A program made the position numbers and the translations under genes. 64,000 nucleotides of DNA from Planctomycetota bacterium (GTDB taxonomy: Bacteria > Planctomycetota > PLA2 > JAEUHO01). The stretch covers positions 1-64,000 of the forward strand of contig JBFWRP010000020.1 of assembly GCA_050248855.1 (NCBI GenBank), given 5' to 3'. Shown one piece after another: positions 9,017-17,916 of the stretch. Numbering within the stretch: position 1 is the stretch's first letter; every line of letters starts with the position of its first letter. The notes below the pieces were generated by a model. The model did no database searches. It had not been told where the DNA came from and worked only from the letters and a program-made list of their open reading frames with translations.

Positions 9017-10675
9017 TCAGTCGATCAAGCCGTGGGTCGTCAAGGATCCGACGCTCGCGCCGGATGCGCCCAGGCCGAAGTCGTCCAACGTGCCCGAGAC
9101 GTTCACGTACACATCCGGCCGCGTGCCCGGGTTGGGGTCCAGGACGACGCCGCCGAGCGTGCGCCCCTCGACCGTGGCGAACTCCGTGAGCCCGGGCGTG
9201 AAGCCCGCACCGACGGTGCGGTCGGCGACCACGTCGTAGGGGAGGCTCGCCAGCACGAGGCGCCCCGGGCGGTTGGCGAAGAAGTCGCCGAAGCCCGACA
9301 CGACGAGCACGTCGCCGTCGGGCGCAAGCCCGATGCCGGCGAGGTTGCCACCCGGCGAGCCGCTGGGCCCTGCGACGGGGATGCCGTCCAGCGGGCCGCG
9401 CAGCACGGCCAAGCGCGTCGGATCCGTTGCGAGGCCGAAGAGGCCGTCGATCCAGAGCGAATAGACCTCGCCGGTCACGCCGCTCGGGAAGTACGCGACG
9501 CGGTGGCCCGCACCGTCCCGACCGATCGCCGGACGACTCACGAGACCGACCAAGCCCAGCTGGAAGGAACCGAGGTAGGCCGCGGTGGTGGCGTCATGCA
9601 CCTCGACGGCCGCCGGCGTGACGGGTACGAGGTTGAAGCTGGCGTCGTAGCCCGTCGTGCCGCCGAGGGTCACGAGCAGCCGGGGGCCGCCGAACCCTCC
9701 GAGCGCGTCGGCCACCACGTCGAGCGACACCGGGTTGAACGCACCGGTGCGCAGCGTCCGCGTGGCAAGGCCCGCCGGATCGTCGGTCAGCGTCACGATC
9801 GGATCGCCGGTCGTATCCACGTCGAAGACCTGGATCGTGCCGGGGTACTTGACGGCGCCGTAGGAGGGGGCGCCCACGATCAGGTTGCTCATCGCCACGT
9901 AGAGCTTGCCGCGGGTCGGGCTCGTGGCGACGTAGGCGAGGGCTTCGGCGCCGCTCTGTTGGAATGCGTTGCCGAGGACCACGGCTCCCGACGAGTCAAG
10001 GAGCGTGTCCGGGCTCGCGTACCCGCGGACCAGGTTGACCGTCTGGCGCACTTGGCCCGTGCGGGGGTCGAAGACGAGGAGGTTGGACAGCGGCGGCGAG
10101 CTGTCCGAGCCACCGGCGTTGGCCAGGAGAAAGCCCAGGCGCTCGTCGACGACCTCCATCTCGTTGAGGTAGAAGCCGAAACCGATGGGGGCCGAGGGGT
10201 TGGCCGGCTGGCCCAAGCCGTCGACGAGATCGTCGGGGCCGATGTGGACGGGGACATACGTGGCCGACGGCACGGGGCCATCGCCATCGATGTCGTACGG
10301 CAGGATCCATGCGCCAGCGGCCTCGACCTGGTCGGCGTCGACGGCGAAGAGCGTCGTGCCGAAGCGCACGAGGTCGCTCGGGAACGCGCCGTAGAGGGGG
10401 GCGCGCTCGTGCGTGATGGCGTCGAGGATCCACGTCGGTGCCTGGCCTTGCGGGGGCGGAAGCGGCGTGCCCGGCGTTCCGCCGGTGCCTCCGCTGCCGC
10501 TCGGGGGCAGCACGGCGAAGGGTTTGGGCGCGGCGCCACCGCCGCCGCAGCCGGCAAGCATCGCGGCGACGAGGACGAGAGCGGCCGCGAAGGACCCGCG
10601 GCGAACGTGACGAGCGGGACGCGTGGACGTCGCGAGACCGGCGACGACGCGACCCACGGGCGAGGCGTGGGACAT
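9017..10675 (-). CDS. putative beta-propeller lipoprotein downstream of a cobalamin riboswitch
   Basis: AGGAG RBS, an RR-containing signal and lipobox LAGC. Repeated blade-like segments (GKLYVAMSN, PGTIQVFD, LAPDGDVLVVSG). Confidence 0.75.
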   Translation of the reverse strand: MSHASPVGRVVAGLATSTRPARHVRRGSFAAALVLVAAMLAGCGGGGAAPKPFAVLPPSGSGGTGGTPGTPLPPPQGQAPTWILDAITHERAPLYGAFPSDLVRFGTTLFAVDADQVEAAGAWILPYDIDGDGPVPSATYVPVHIGPDDLVDGLGQPANPSAPIGFGFYLNEMEVVDERLGFLLANAGGSDSSPPLSNLLVFDPRTGQVRQTVNLVRGYASPDTLLDSSGAVVLGNAFQQSGAEALAYVATSPTRGKLYVAMSNLIVGAPSYGAVKYPGTIQVFDVDTTGDPIVTLTDDPAGLATRTLRTGAFNPVSLDVVADALGGFGGPRLLVTLGGTTGYDASFNLVPVTPAAVEVHDATTAAYLGSFQLGLVGLVSRPAIGRDGAGHRVAYFPSGVTGEVYSLWIDGLFGLATDPTRLAVLRGPLDGIPVAGPSGSPGGNLAGIGLAPDGDVLVVSGFGDFFANRPGRLVLASLPYDVVADRTVGAGFTPGLTEFATVEGRTLGGVVLDPNPGTRPDVYVNVSGTLDDFGLGASGASVGSLTTHGLID

Positions 10676-10813
10676 GGCAAGGCTCCTGGCCCCGGACGAC
10701 ATGGGAGCAGGAGCGCCGCGCACGCCACGAGCGCGCACGCGGCCGACGAAGGCCTTGCGCGCTGGACGAAGACACGCGTTCCCACCGCCCGGTTCCGGGG
10801 CGTGACGGGATGC

Positions 10814-11004
10814 GGCGGCGCGAATCGGTCTTCTGGCTTCCGGATCGTCCCTCGCCCCTCGCCTTCCCAGGCTTGGCTGCCCAGTGGCTGACCGCATGAA
10901 GCGGCCGTGGGGGGTCGGTCCCCGGTTACAGCGGCGGTCCCGCGGAGGAGTTGCACCTCGCTTCCAGCCGTCCGCGAACGGACGACGTCGGGATCCGCGC
11001 CACC
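10814..11004 (-). promoter_or_regulatory. cobalamin (B12) riboswitch
   Basis: Minus strand: P1 GGTGGCGCGGATC/GATTCGCGCCGCC; GGAAG..GGTGCAACTCC..CCGCCGCTGTAA; GCCACTGGG..GGGAAGG; B12 box AAGCCAGAAGACC. Confidence 0.92.
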
Positions 11005-11083
11005 TCGTGGATGGAAAGAACGCGGCGCAGCCTACGCGGGGCCGGCCCCAGGAGGGAAGGGGGTTCCCAGAGGGCGCGTCCGC

Positions 11084-13255
11084 CTACTCGTCGTCGTCCT
11101 CGGGGAGCCGGGTCCACATGGTGACCACGTGGGGGCCGGGTCCGGACAGGTCGGTCGGGAGCGCCGTGATGTCGCCGAGGTACTCGCCGCATTCGACCCA
11201 GGCCTCGTAGGCCGTGTCGGGCTCGAGGTTGGCGGGCAAGTGCACGCGCAGCTCTTGGCTGATGATCGTGCCGCCCACGGTGTGCGTCTGGGGTGCGCCC
11301 ACCGGGCTCAAGCACAGCTTGGCCGACGCACCGTCCGGTGGCGTGCGGCGCTGGAAGCGCACCACGACCAACGGCGTGTCGGCGAGGGTGATCTCGATCG
11401 GCACCTCCGGGTCCACGCGGCTGCGGATGTAGGGCTCCTTCCAGCGGGGGTCGCTCCCGAACACGCGCAGTCGTCCCTCGCGACCGATCTCGAGGCGGAA
11501 GCCGCCCTCTTCGTCGGTCTCGTCCTGGGCGGACCACACCGTGCCTCGCGGAACCTGGACCGTGGCGAACACGCGGATGCCCGGAACCGCGCGGCCGCCA
11601 GCGTCCCGCACGCGGCCCGAGACGACGCGCCGAGCGGGGAGCGTCACCGTGCCGACCTCCGTGACCTCACCCGCCTTGACCTCGATGACCGGGAACCCCT
11701 CCAGGGCCGGCGGCAGCTCCGCGCTGCTGCTGCCGGCCAGCACGTAGTAGCGTCCCGGTTCGAGTCCGATGCATGTGAACTCGCCACGGGCATCGCAGGG
11801 TCGCCAGAAGCCGCGCTGCTCGCTCGCCTGGAAGCGCCAGACGTCCTGGATGCCGCCCGGATAGAACCCGACGACGGCGTGTTCGGGGCGGCTGCCGTCG
11901 GCTTCCGCGACGAAGCCGTGCGCCGTCCCGTAGGTGCGCAGGCTCCAGACGCCGTCGATGCGGTCCTCCGCGCGCAGCTGGTGGCGGACGCCGTGGCCGT
12001 CGCGGACCACGAGCGTGTCCAGCTCCTCGGCATCGGGAGGCCAGGGGAGCTCCGCGCGACCGATGTCGTCGAGGACGCCGCTCACCTGGAACCGGCCTCC
12101 GTTGGTCAGCGACACGAGGGTCTCGATCAGCAGTCCACGCGCCGGGCGGCCGTCGGCGTGCTCCACGAACAGGGTGTGCTTGCCCAGGCGGCGGAGCGCG
12201 GGCGTGAGATCGAGGCGGAGGTTCGTGGTGGGCTCGGACAGGTCGATGTCGTGGGCGCCCAGCGGCCCGTGCGAGGGGCTGTTGATCGCAAGCTTCAAGC
12301 CCCCCTCGGCCTCGTCGGGCGATGCCCAGACGCGGAAGCGTCCGTCGGCGTCGGGTGCTTGCTCGACCCAGGCGGTCCTCGGGTTGGCCGGCGAAGCATC
12401 CGGTGTCCAGGGCGTGAGGATCACGTCGGGCGGGACGCGCAGCGGGGCGCTTGCCACGAGCCGTCCACTGACTTCGCGTGCCGTTTGGAGGGCGATGTCC
12501 AGCGACTCGCTTGCCGAGAGGGTCGACGTGGCCCCGGCCGTGCGGAACGCCAGGTAGCCCGGAGCGTGCACGAGCACCGCAAAGCGATGCCACAGCCCCA
12601 GCGGCGCTTCAGCGTTACCCAGCGAGTCGGTGAAGACGGGTGGGGGATGCAGGGCCGTATCGTACGAACCGTCATGCACGAACACGGCGGCACGCGGCAC
12701 CGGCGTCCCGTCCTGCGCGTGCACGACGATCTGCAGGACCGTGCCGGGCGGCCAGAGGCGCACGCGATGCGTAGGGGGCTGCGTGCCTGGAGGTGGGAGC
12801 GACACCTGCAGCGCGCGCGGCGCGAAGCCCTTGGCGGTCACGAGGAGGATCACCTCGGGCGCGGGCAGCTCGCCGACATGCGCTCGACCGTCCGCGCCCG
12901 TGCGTGCCTGGGCGAGGTCGGGGCCGGGAAACGGCCCGGCCTCGAACCTGCCTCGCGTTGCGCGCACCAGCACGCGCGCATCGGCCACCGGAGACCCGTC
13001 CGGTCCCTCGACCAGCACGGCGACAGCCCACGGCCCCAGGCGCACGCCCCGCGTCGTCGCCCCGGGTGCGTCCTTCCTTCCTCCAGCAAGTCCCGCTGCG
13101 GCCAGCTCCACGTCGCCGGGCGCGTCCTCCGCGCCATCGCGTGCGTTGCCCAGGGGCGGCGCCGGTGCCTTCGCACCCTCGACACCCAGCAGCAGCCACG
13201 CGGCGAGCGCGAGGGCCAGCAGCACCAGCAACACGACGATGGTTCCCCGCGGCAC
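11084..13255 (-). CDS. carboxypeptidase regulatory-like (transthyretin-like beta-sandwich) repeat protein
   Basis: N-terminal TM or signal. Repeated V.G.DG.PV..A.V...TD..G.F motifs. Confidence 0.8.
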   Translation of the reverse strand: MPRGTIVVLLVLLALALAAWLLLGVEGAKAPAPPLGNARDGAEDAPGDVELAAAGLAGGRKDAPGATTRGVRLGPWAVAVLVEGPDGSPVADARVLVRATRGRFEAGPFPGPDLAQARTGADGRAHVGELPAPEVILLVTAKGFAPRALQVSLPPPGTQPPTHRVRLWPPGTVLQIVVHAQDGTPVPRAAVFVHDGSYDTALHPPPVFTDSLGNAEAPLGLWHRFAVLVHAPGYLAFRTAGATSTLSASESLDIALQTAREVSGRLVASAPLRVPPDVILTPWTPDASPANPRTAWVEQAPDADGRFRVWASPDEAEGGLKLAINSPSHGPLGAHDIDLSEPTTNLRLDLTPALRRLGKHTLFVEHADGRPARGLLIETLVSLTNGGRFQVSGVLDDIGRAELPWPPDAEELDTLVVRDGHGVRHQLRAEDRIDGVWSLRTYGTAHGFVAEADGSRPEHAVVGFYPGGIQDVWRFQASEQRGFWRPCDARGEFTCIGLEPGRYYVLAGSSSAELPPALEGFPVIEVKAGEVTEVGTVTLPARRVVSGRVRDAGGRAVPGIRVFATVQVPRGTVWSAQDETDEEGGFRLEIGREGRLRVFGSDPRWKEPYIRSRVDPEVPIEITLADTPLVVVRFQRRTPPDGASAKLCLSPVGAPQTHTVGGTIISQELRVHLPANLEPDTAYEAWVECGEYLGDITALPTDLSGPGPHVVTMWTRLPEDDDE

Positions 13256-13351
13256 GCCCCCACGATACGAAGTGCAGGCCTCGTCCGTCAGCGTCGGAAT
13301 GCGGGCGTGATGTCGGCCCTTCGGCGGGGCGTCGTCGTCAGGGCGCGCGCG

Positions 13352-13726
13352 CTATCGGCAGTAGCCGGCGTCGAGGTAGATGCCTTGCTCGACTTCGGGG
13401 ACCGTGCGTCGGAGGCAGCCGGTCCAGCTGAACTGGTAGGCGTCCTGCGGGGCACGATCCGCGACAGGCGCGTTCGCGTGCCCGACGAGGTGGTGGTCGG
13501 GCGTGAGGTTCCAGCCGAGGCGGGGGTCTCCGCCCAGGTCGCGGACCTTGGCTTGGGCCTCCTGGATGCGGGCCCACAGGGCGTTGCTCGTCGGTTCGCC
13601 GACGCCGGGCACCCAGTGGCCGACGAGCGTGTGCTCGCGCAGCATCGGGCGCATCGTGAGACCGCGCTCTTCCATGGCCTGGGCAACTTCGCGTACGACG
13701 TCGTCAATCGAATGAAGGTCGATCAT
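13352..13726 (-). CDS. hypothetical protein (124 aa)
   Basis: GGAG RBS before the ATG. Protein-like composition (MIDLHSIDDVVREVAQAM...). Confidence 0.65.
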   Translation of the reverse strand: MIDLHSIDDVVREVAQAMEERGLTMRPMLREHTLVGHWVPGVGEPTSNALWARIQEAQAKVRDLGGDPRLGWNLTPDHHLVGHANAPVADRAPQDAYQFSWTGCLRRTVPEVEQGIYLDAGYCR

Positions 13727-13848
13727 CGCGTGTCTCCAGGGGGTGGCTACCAGCCTAGCGCGTGGGGGCCCGGGACGCGCGCCCCCGCTTCCGGGGCCCA
13801 GAGGCCCTTGGAACGGGCGTGTGCGGCGATCGACGTCCCGGGCGCTGC

Positions 13849-14109
13849 TCAGCGCAGCTGCAGATCGCCCCCCGGATGCAGGCTCCGCGGGCCGGCATCG
13901 CGCCGGAGCTGCACGAGCTCCAGGAGCAGGCCGGCGATGAGGACGACGGCGCCGGCCACGACGAGCAGAAGTCGCCACGTGGCGTCGGCGGGGAACTGCT
14001 CCTGCCGCATCACCGCGGGCGACTTGAGGACGCGGAGGGCGGGATCGACCATGAGGATGAGGCCCACCCCACCCAGCACATGGCCCAGGGCACGCAAGAA
14101 CTTCGCCAT
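13849..14109 (-). CDS. small two-TM membrane protein
   Basis: GGGGAG RBS and two hydrophobic segments. Confidence 0.6.
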   Translation of the reverse strand: MAKFLRALGHVLGGVGLILMVDPALRVLKSPAVMRQEQFPADATWRLLLVVAGAVVLIAGLLLELVQLRRDAGPRSLHPGGDLQLR

Positions 14110-14281
14110 CGTCGTGAGCTCCCCTGTACGAGCCTGCAATGTAGGGGCAGCCAGGCGTGCTTGCTTGGGGGGCGTGGCCCCCCAGGCCGTCACCTTCGGT
14201 GCCGTCCTTCCCCCACGGAGGTCTGGGGTTCAGACACTCGACGCTCGATCGATGCCCGGGGTACCACCGCAAGATGTTGGG

Positions 14282-14357
14282 TGGTGGAGCCGTGGGGAGT
14301 CGAACCCCAGACCTCTTGAATGCCATTCAAGCGCTCTACCAACTGAGCTACGGCCCC
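14282..14357 (-). tRNA. tRNA-Ala (GGC)
   Basis: GGGGCCGTAGCTCAGTTGGTAGAGCGCTTGAATGGCATTCAAGAGGTCTGGGGTTCGACTCCCCACGGCTCCACCA: cloverleaf, anticodon GGC, encoded CCA. Confidence 0.97.
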
Positions 14358-14533
14358 GGAGAGCGGCGCATTGTGCCGCGGGGATGGTGCGGCGCAAGCA
14401 AGAGGGGACCCGGGCTCGGCGGGGCACAAGCGGCTTGCTTCCGGGGCCGGCACAGGTTGCGAGGCCTTGGTCGCAGGCAGGGGTAGCATCGGACGGCGTG
14501 CGGGTCCGCGGGCCCGGCGGGAAGGAGCGCCTC

Positions 14534-15364
14534 GTGGCCGTCCACTCCAACATCCCCGACAGCAGCTCCTCGTCCGGCGCGTCCGCGGCCGGCGGCCGCC
14601 GCGCCATGCCCGAGCCAACGACCGACCGGGGCGGGATCGAGGGCACTCCGGTCCCGCCGTCCGATCGCATGGGCGGTGGCGAGAGGCGCCCGCGCGAGAT
14701 CGTGCCCGAGGCCCTGGCCGACCGGGTCCAGACGGGCTTCCAGGACCTCTCGCGCCTGCTGGGCGCCATCAAGGAGACGCTGCAGAGCAAGGACGGCCAG
14801 GTCCAGCAGACCCTCCAGGCCCTTCCCACCTTCCTGCAGCAGGTCCCGCGCATCCACCGCGCCGAGATCGAGTGCCTTGCGCAGATCAGCAAGCAGCTCG
14901 AGCACATGGGCGGGGGCACGCGCGACGTGCTGGCCCGCCTCGAAGGCCTGCCCGACCTGCTGCGCACGTTGGCCGTCAGCCAGGCCGAGCAGCAGCGGTT
15001 CCTCGAGAACCTGCAGTCGCGCATGTCCGAGCACCTGGAGGTGCAGAGCAAGGCCATCCGCGAGGGCCTCGAGCAGCAGCGCAAGTCCAGCCAGACGCAG
15101 CTCGAGATGGTGCGCGCGCTCGCCACGACGCAGGAAGAGGTGTTCGCCACCTTCCAGAGCACGCAGAACCGTGCGCTCAACGTGTTCCACCGTGCGCAGC
15201 AGCAGGCCATGGCCCAGCACCGCGACACCCAACAGGTGATGGGTCGTCAGGTGGAAATGCTCGTCGAGCGCGTGCACAGCGCGCAGACGCGCGTGTTCTG
15301 GCTGAGCATCAGCATCGCGGCGCTGGCCGCCGGCGGGTTGATCGCCGTCCTGTTGCTCGGCTGA
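14534..15364 (+). CDS. Gln-rich coiled-coil protein with C-terminal TM anchor
   Basis: AAGGAG RBS before the GTG. Heptad-like Q/L-rich helix. A single hydrophobic segment at the extreme C-terminus. Confidence 0.75.
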   Translation: MAVHSNIPDSSSSSGASAAGGRRAMPEPTTDRGGIEGTPVPPSDRMGGGERRPREIVPEALADRVQTGFQDLSRLLGAIKETLQSKDGQVQQTLQALPTFLQQVPRIHRAEIECLAQISKQLEHMGGGTRDVLARLEGLPDLLRTLAVSQAEQQRFLENLQSRMSEHLEVQSKAIREGLEQQRKSSQTQLEMVRALATTQEEVFATFQSTQNRALNVFHRAQQQAMAQHRDTQQVMGRQVEMLVERVHSAQTRVFWLSISIAALAAGGLIAVLLLG

Positions 15365-15382
15365 CCGTCAGGCTCCTGGCGT

Positions 15383-16873
15383 TCAGGGAGCAAGCGGCGC
15401 GAGCGCGCCGACCTCGCTGCCGATCACGTGGATGCCGGGGGCGTCCGTCGAAACGTCGACGCCCTGGATGCCGTCGGTCACCTCGTCGAGGTCGACCTGC
15501 GTCAGCATCAAGCCGTCCCAGGTGAAGCGTGCGATCACGTCCGTGTCCATGCTGACGAGGAACGTGTCTTCGTCGGGACTGGGCGCCAGGCCCGTGACCG
15601 AGGTCGCGCCCGTCGGGCCGCCGCCGACGTCGTCGGAGATGGCCACGGCGGTCGGGACCGAGAAGCTCGTGAGCAGCGCACGCACGATCAGGCCCTCGCC
15701 CGCCGCGTAGCCGTCGAGCCCGGCCAGGCGCATCGTGCGGTCGCGGTTGATCACCTGGTAGCTGTGCGTGCCGAACACCCCGTGCGGGCTGCTCTGGATG
15801 GCGAACGTGTCGACCGCCACGAGCGCGGCACCTGCGCCACCCCGATCGGCGACGGCCGCATTGTCGCGGGCGTACGTGGTCGGTCCGGCGCCGACGGGAA
15901 GGGGCTCGGCGCCGGTTCCGGCCGTTCCGGGGTCGCGGTCGATCTCGGTGAAGGTGGCAAGGTCGACCTGCGCCAGGACGGGGCCGCTCGGTCCCTCGCA
16001 AGCCACCAGCAGGATGCGTCGATCGTCGTCCAGCGCGAGACCGTACGGCGCCGTCGCCGCGTCCGAGGCGGGCGACAAGAGGAGCCCGTCCACTTCGGTG
16101 GCGGTGTCCATGTCCACGCGCACCACGCGTACGCGGCCGGCGCTCACGTCGCGGAACGCGGCCACGATGTGCCGCTCGTCGGGGTCGAGGAGCAGGAGCG
16201 AGGTCGTGGCCACGAGGTCGCCGCCCGACGTGGTCAGCGGGATGGCCGTCATTGCCGCGTCGCCCGGCGCGAACCACGCCAGGGCCGCTCCCGAGCCGTC
16301 GCCGTCTTCGAGCTGGGCCCACACCCGCTCCGTCGTGCCGACGTCGGCGCGCAACAGGGCCACGGCGTCCTGCCCGGCCGGTGTGGGCACGTCCGTCCCC
16401 GCCGCGAAGGTCGCGCGATCGAGCGGCGTTGCGACACCCGGGCGTCCCACCCACACGTCGGCAGCCGGGCCGGTCTGGAACGTGAGGACGAAGTTCTCCA
16501 GCGCGTAGTGGTCGTCTTCGTTCGCCACGGCGCCCGGCAGCACGAACACCTGGATCACGGCGTCGACGGGGAAGGCCGTGCCCGGTCCCGGCAGCACGAA
16601 GATGCCGGTGGGGTCGTCGTCGCGCTGCAGGAGCCGCACGGGGATGCCGATGCCGTCGCCCGTGGCCGCGATGGCGCCCGGGTTGAGGAGGTACACGGGG
16701 CCGTCGTAGGTCACGTGGACCACCGACACGCCGGCCGGAAGGACCTGGCCCTCGGCCGGCCACGTGGCCACGACCTCGGGTCGCACTTGCGCGTTCGCCC
16801 CGCAGGCCCCCAGCGGCGCGGCGACCGCGGCGGCGAGCAAGAGCAGGACGAGCGTGCGGCCCACGGTGCGCAT
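15383..16873 (-). CDS. lipoprotein with N-terminal Ig-like (Big_5/SbsA-like) domain and probable beta-propeller
   Basis: Lipobox LGAC. PEVVATWPAEG...LTFQTG is Ig-like. PYGLALDDDRRILLVAC is blade-like. Confidence 0.7.
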   Translation of the reverse strand: MRTVGRTLVLLLLAAAVAAPLGACGANAQVRPEVVATWPAEGQVLPAGVSVVHVTYDGPVYLLNPGAIAATGDGIGIPVRLLQRDDDPTGIFVLPGPGTAFPVDAVIQVFVLPGAVANEDDHYALENFVLTFQTGPAADVWVGRPGVATPLDRATFAAGTDVPTPAGQDAVALLRADVGTTERVWAQLEDGDGSGAALAWFAPGDAAMTAIPLTTSGGDLVATTSLLLLDPDERHIVAAFRDVSAGRVRVVRVDMDTATEVDGLLLSPASDAATAPYGLALDDDRRILLVACEGPSGPVLAQVDLATFTEIDRDPGTAGTGAEPLPVGAGPTTYARDNAAVADRGGAGAALVAVDTFAIQSSPHGVFGTHSYQVINRDRTMRLAGLDGYAAGEGLIVRALLTSFSVPTAVAISDDVGGGPTGATSVTGLAPSPDEDTFLVSMDTDVIARFTWDGLMLTQVDLDEVTDGIQGVDVSTDAPGIHVIGSEVGALAPLAP

Positions 16874-16976
16874 GGCGACGGACGATACCCCGCGCCAGCG
16901 TGCGCTCCTCGGCTCGCGATGGGCGGCGGGCCGCGAAAGGGCCCTCCGCGGCTTCCCCTTCGTCACGCTCGCGTCG

Positions 16977-17801
16977 TCAGAAGCGCCAGGCACTCTCCGC
17001 GGCAAGCACCAGGGCGAGCAGCACGGGCAGCGCGAAGGCCGCCCACCGGGCCCAGGGCGGTGCGCTGCCGCGTGCGCCGCCGAAGGCCGCGAGCAGCCGC
17101 GGGCCCGTGGGCGAGCCGCCGGGCCAGAGCCGCAGCAGCGCGATGGTCGCCTCGGTCGCGCCCAGGGCGACGACCAGCACGGTCGTGAGCAGGGGTTGGC
17201 CGAGGGCGCAGCCCAGGGCCAGCGCCGTCAAGCGTTCATGCGCGCCCAGCAGCACGGGGCGCCGCGGCCCCGCCACGGCGAAGGCGTGCCACCAAGTCTC
17301 CGAGACGATCAGCGCGAGCGCTGCCAGCTGGCCGAACGCACTGCCGCGCTGGGCGGCGTCCAGGGCCAAGCCCGCGGCCAGCAGCGCTCCGAGGACGGGC
17401 TGCAGGGCCTCGACGAAGCCGTGCGGCGCGCCCGGCGCGTAGCGACCCGGATGCAGCTGCAGGGCCGACAGGGCCAGCCAGGAGAGCGCGATCGCCGGCA
17501 GCGCGAGCAGGCCACCCGCACCCGCATGGCCCATGGCGAAGGCCGTCGCAGCGACGCCGCCGGCCGCCACGGAGAGCAGGGCCGTGGCCTCCGGGGGCAG
17601 GCCGCGGCGGTCCAGGGCGTGGAGGATGCGCTGGACGAAGGCCGGGAGGTGGGCCCCTGGAACGACGGCGCCGATCATGACGACGCTGTCGATCGGATCC
17701 GGCGATTCATGTCGGGGGGCCGGCGGTAGCGGCGCCATCACGGCCCGCGGATCGGGCGCAGGGGGAGCGATGGGAAACGTCCGGGGGGAGTCCGTGTCCA
17801 T
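16977..17801 (-). CDS. multi-pass membrane protein, unknown function
   Basis: Several hydrophobic segments. TAGGCT-6 nt-ATG start. Confidence 0.55.
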   Translation of the reverse strand: MDTDSPRTFPIAPPAPDPRAVMAPLPPAPRHESPDPIDSVVMIGAVVPGAHLPAFVQRILHALDRRGLPPEATALLSVAAGGVAATAFAMGHAGAGGLLALPAIALSWLALSALQLHPGRYAPGAPHGFVEALQPVLGALLAAGLALDAAQRGSAFGQLAALALIVSETWWHAFAVAGPRRPVLLGAHERLTALALGCALGQPLLTTVLVVALGATEATIALLRLWPGGSPTGPRLLAAFGGARGSAPPWARWAAFALPVLLALVLAAESAWRF

Positions 17802-17916
17802 GAGCCGAGCCTAGCCCAGCGCTCGCGGCTTGGCCGGTGGAGGAAGCGCAGGCGCACGCGGCCGCCCTCGGGGCACCATGCGCGGGCGCCGTCCGTAGGG
17901 CGCGCGGGAGGGCGAC

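Noticed and set aside
14211..14357. Integrative element attL/attR at tRNA-Ala
   Set aside because: The tRNA-matching fragment is inverted and only ~50 bp away. I found no integrase and no direct repeat of the tRNA 3' end.
10907..15364. 1485-aa ORF on the + strand
   Set aside because: It is a shadow of real minus-strand genes and runs through a tRNA. Only 14534-15364 has an RBS and protein-like composition.
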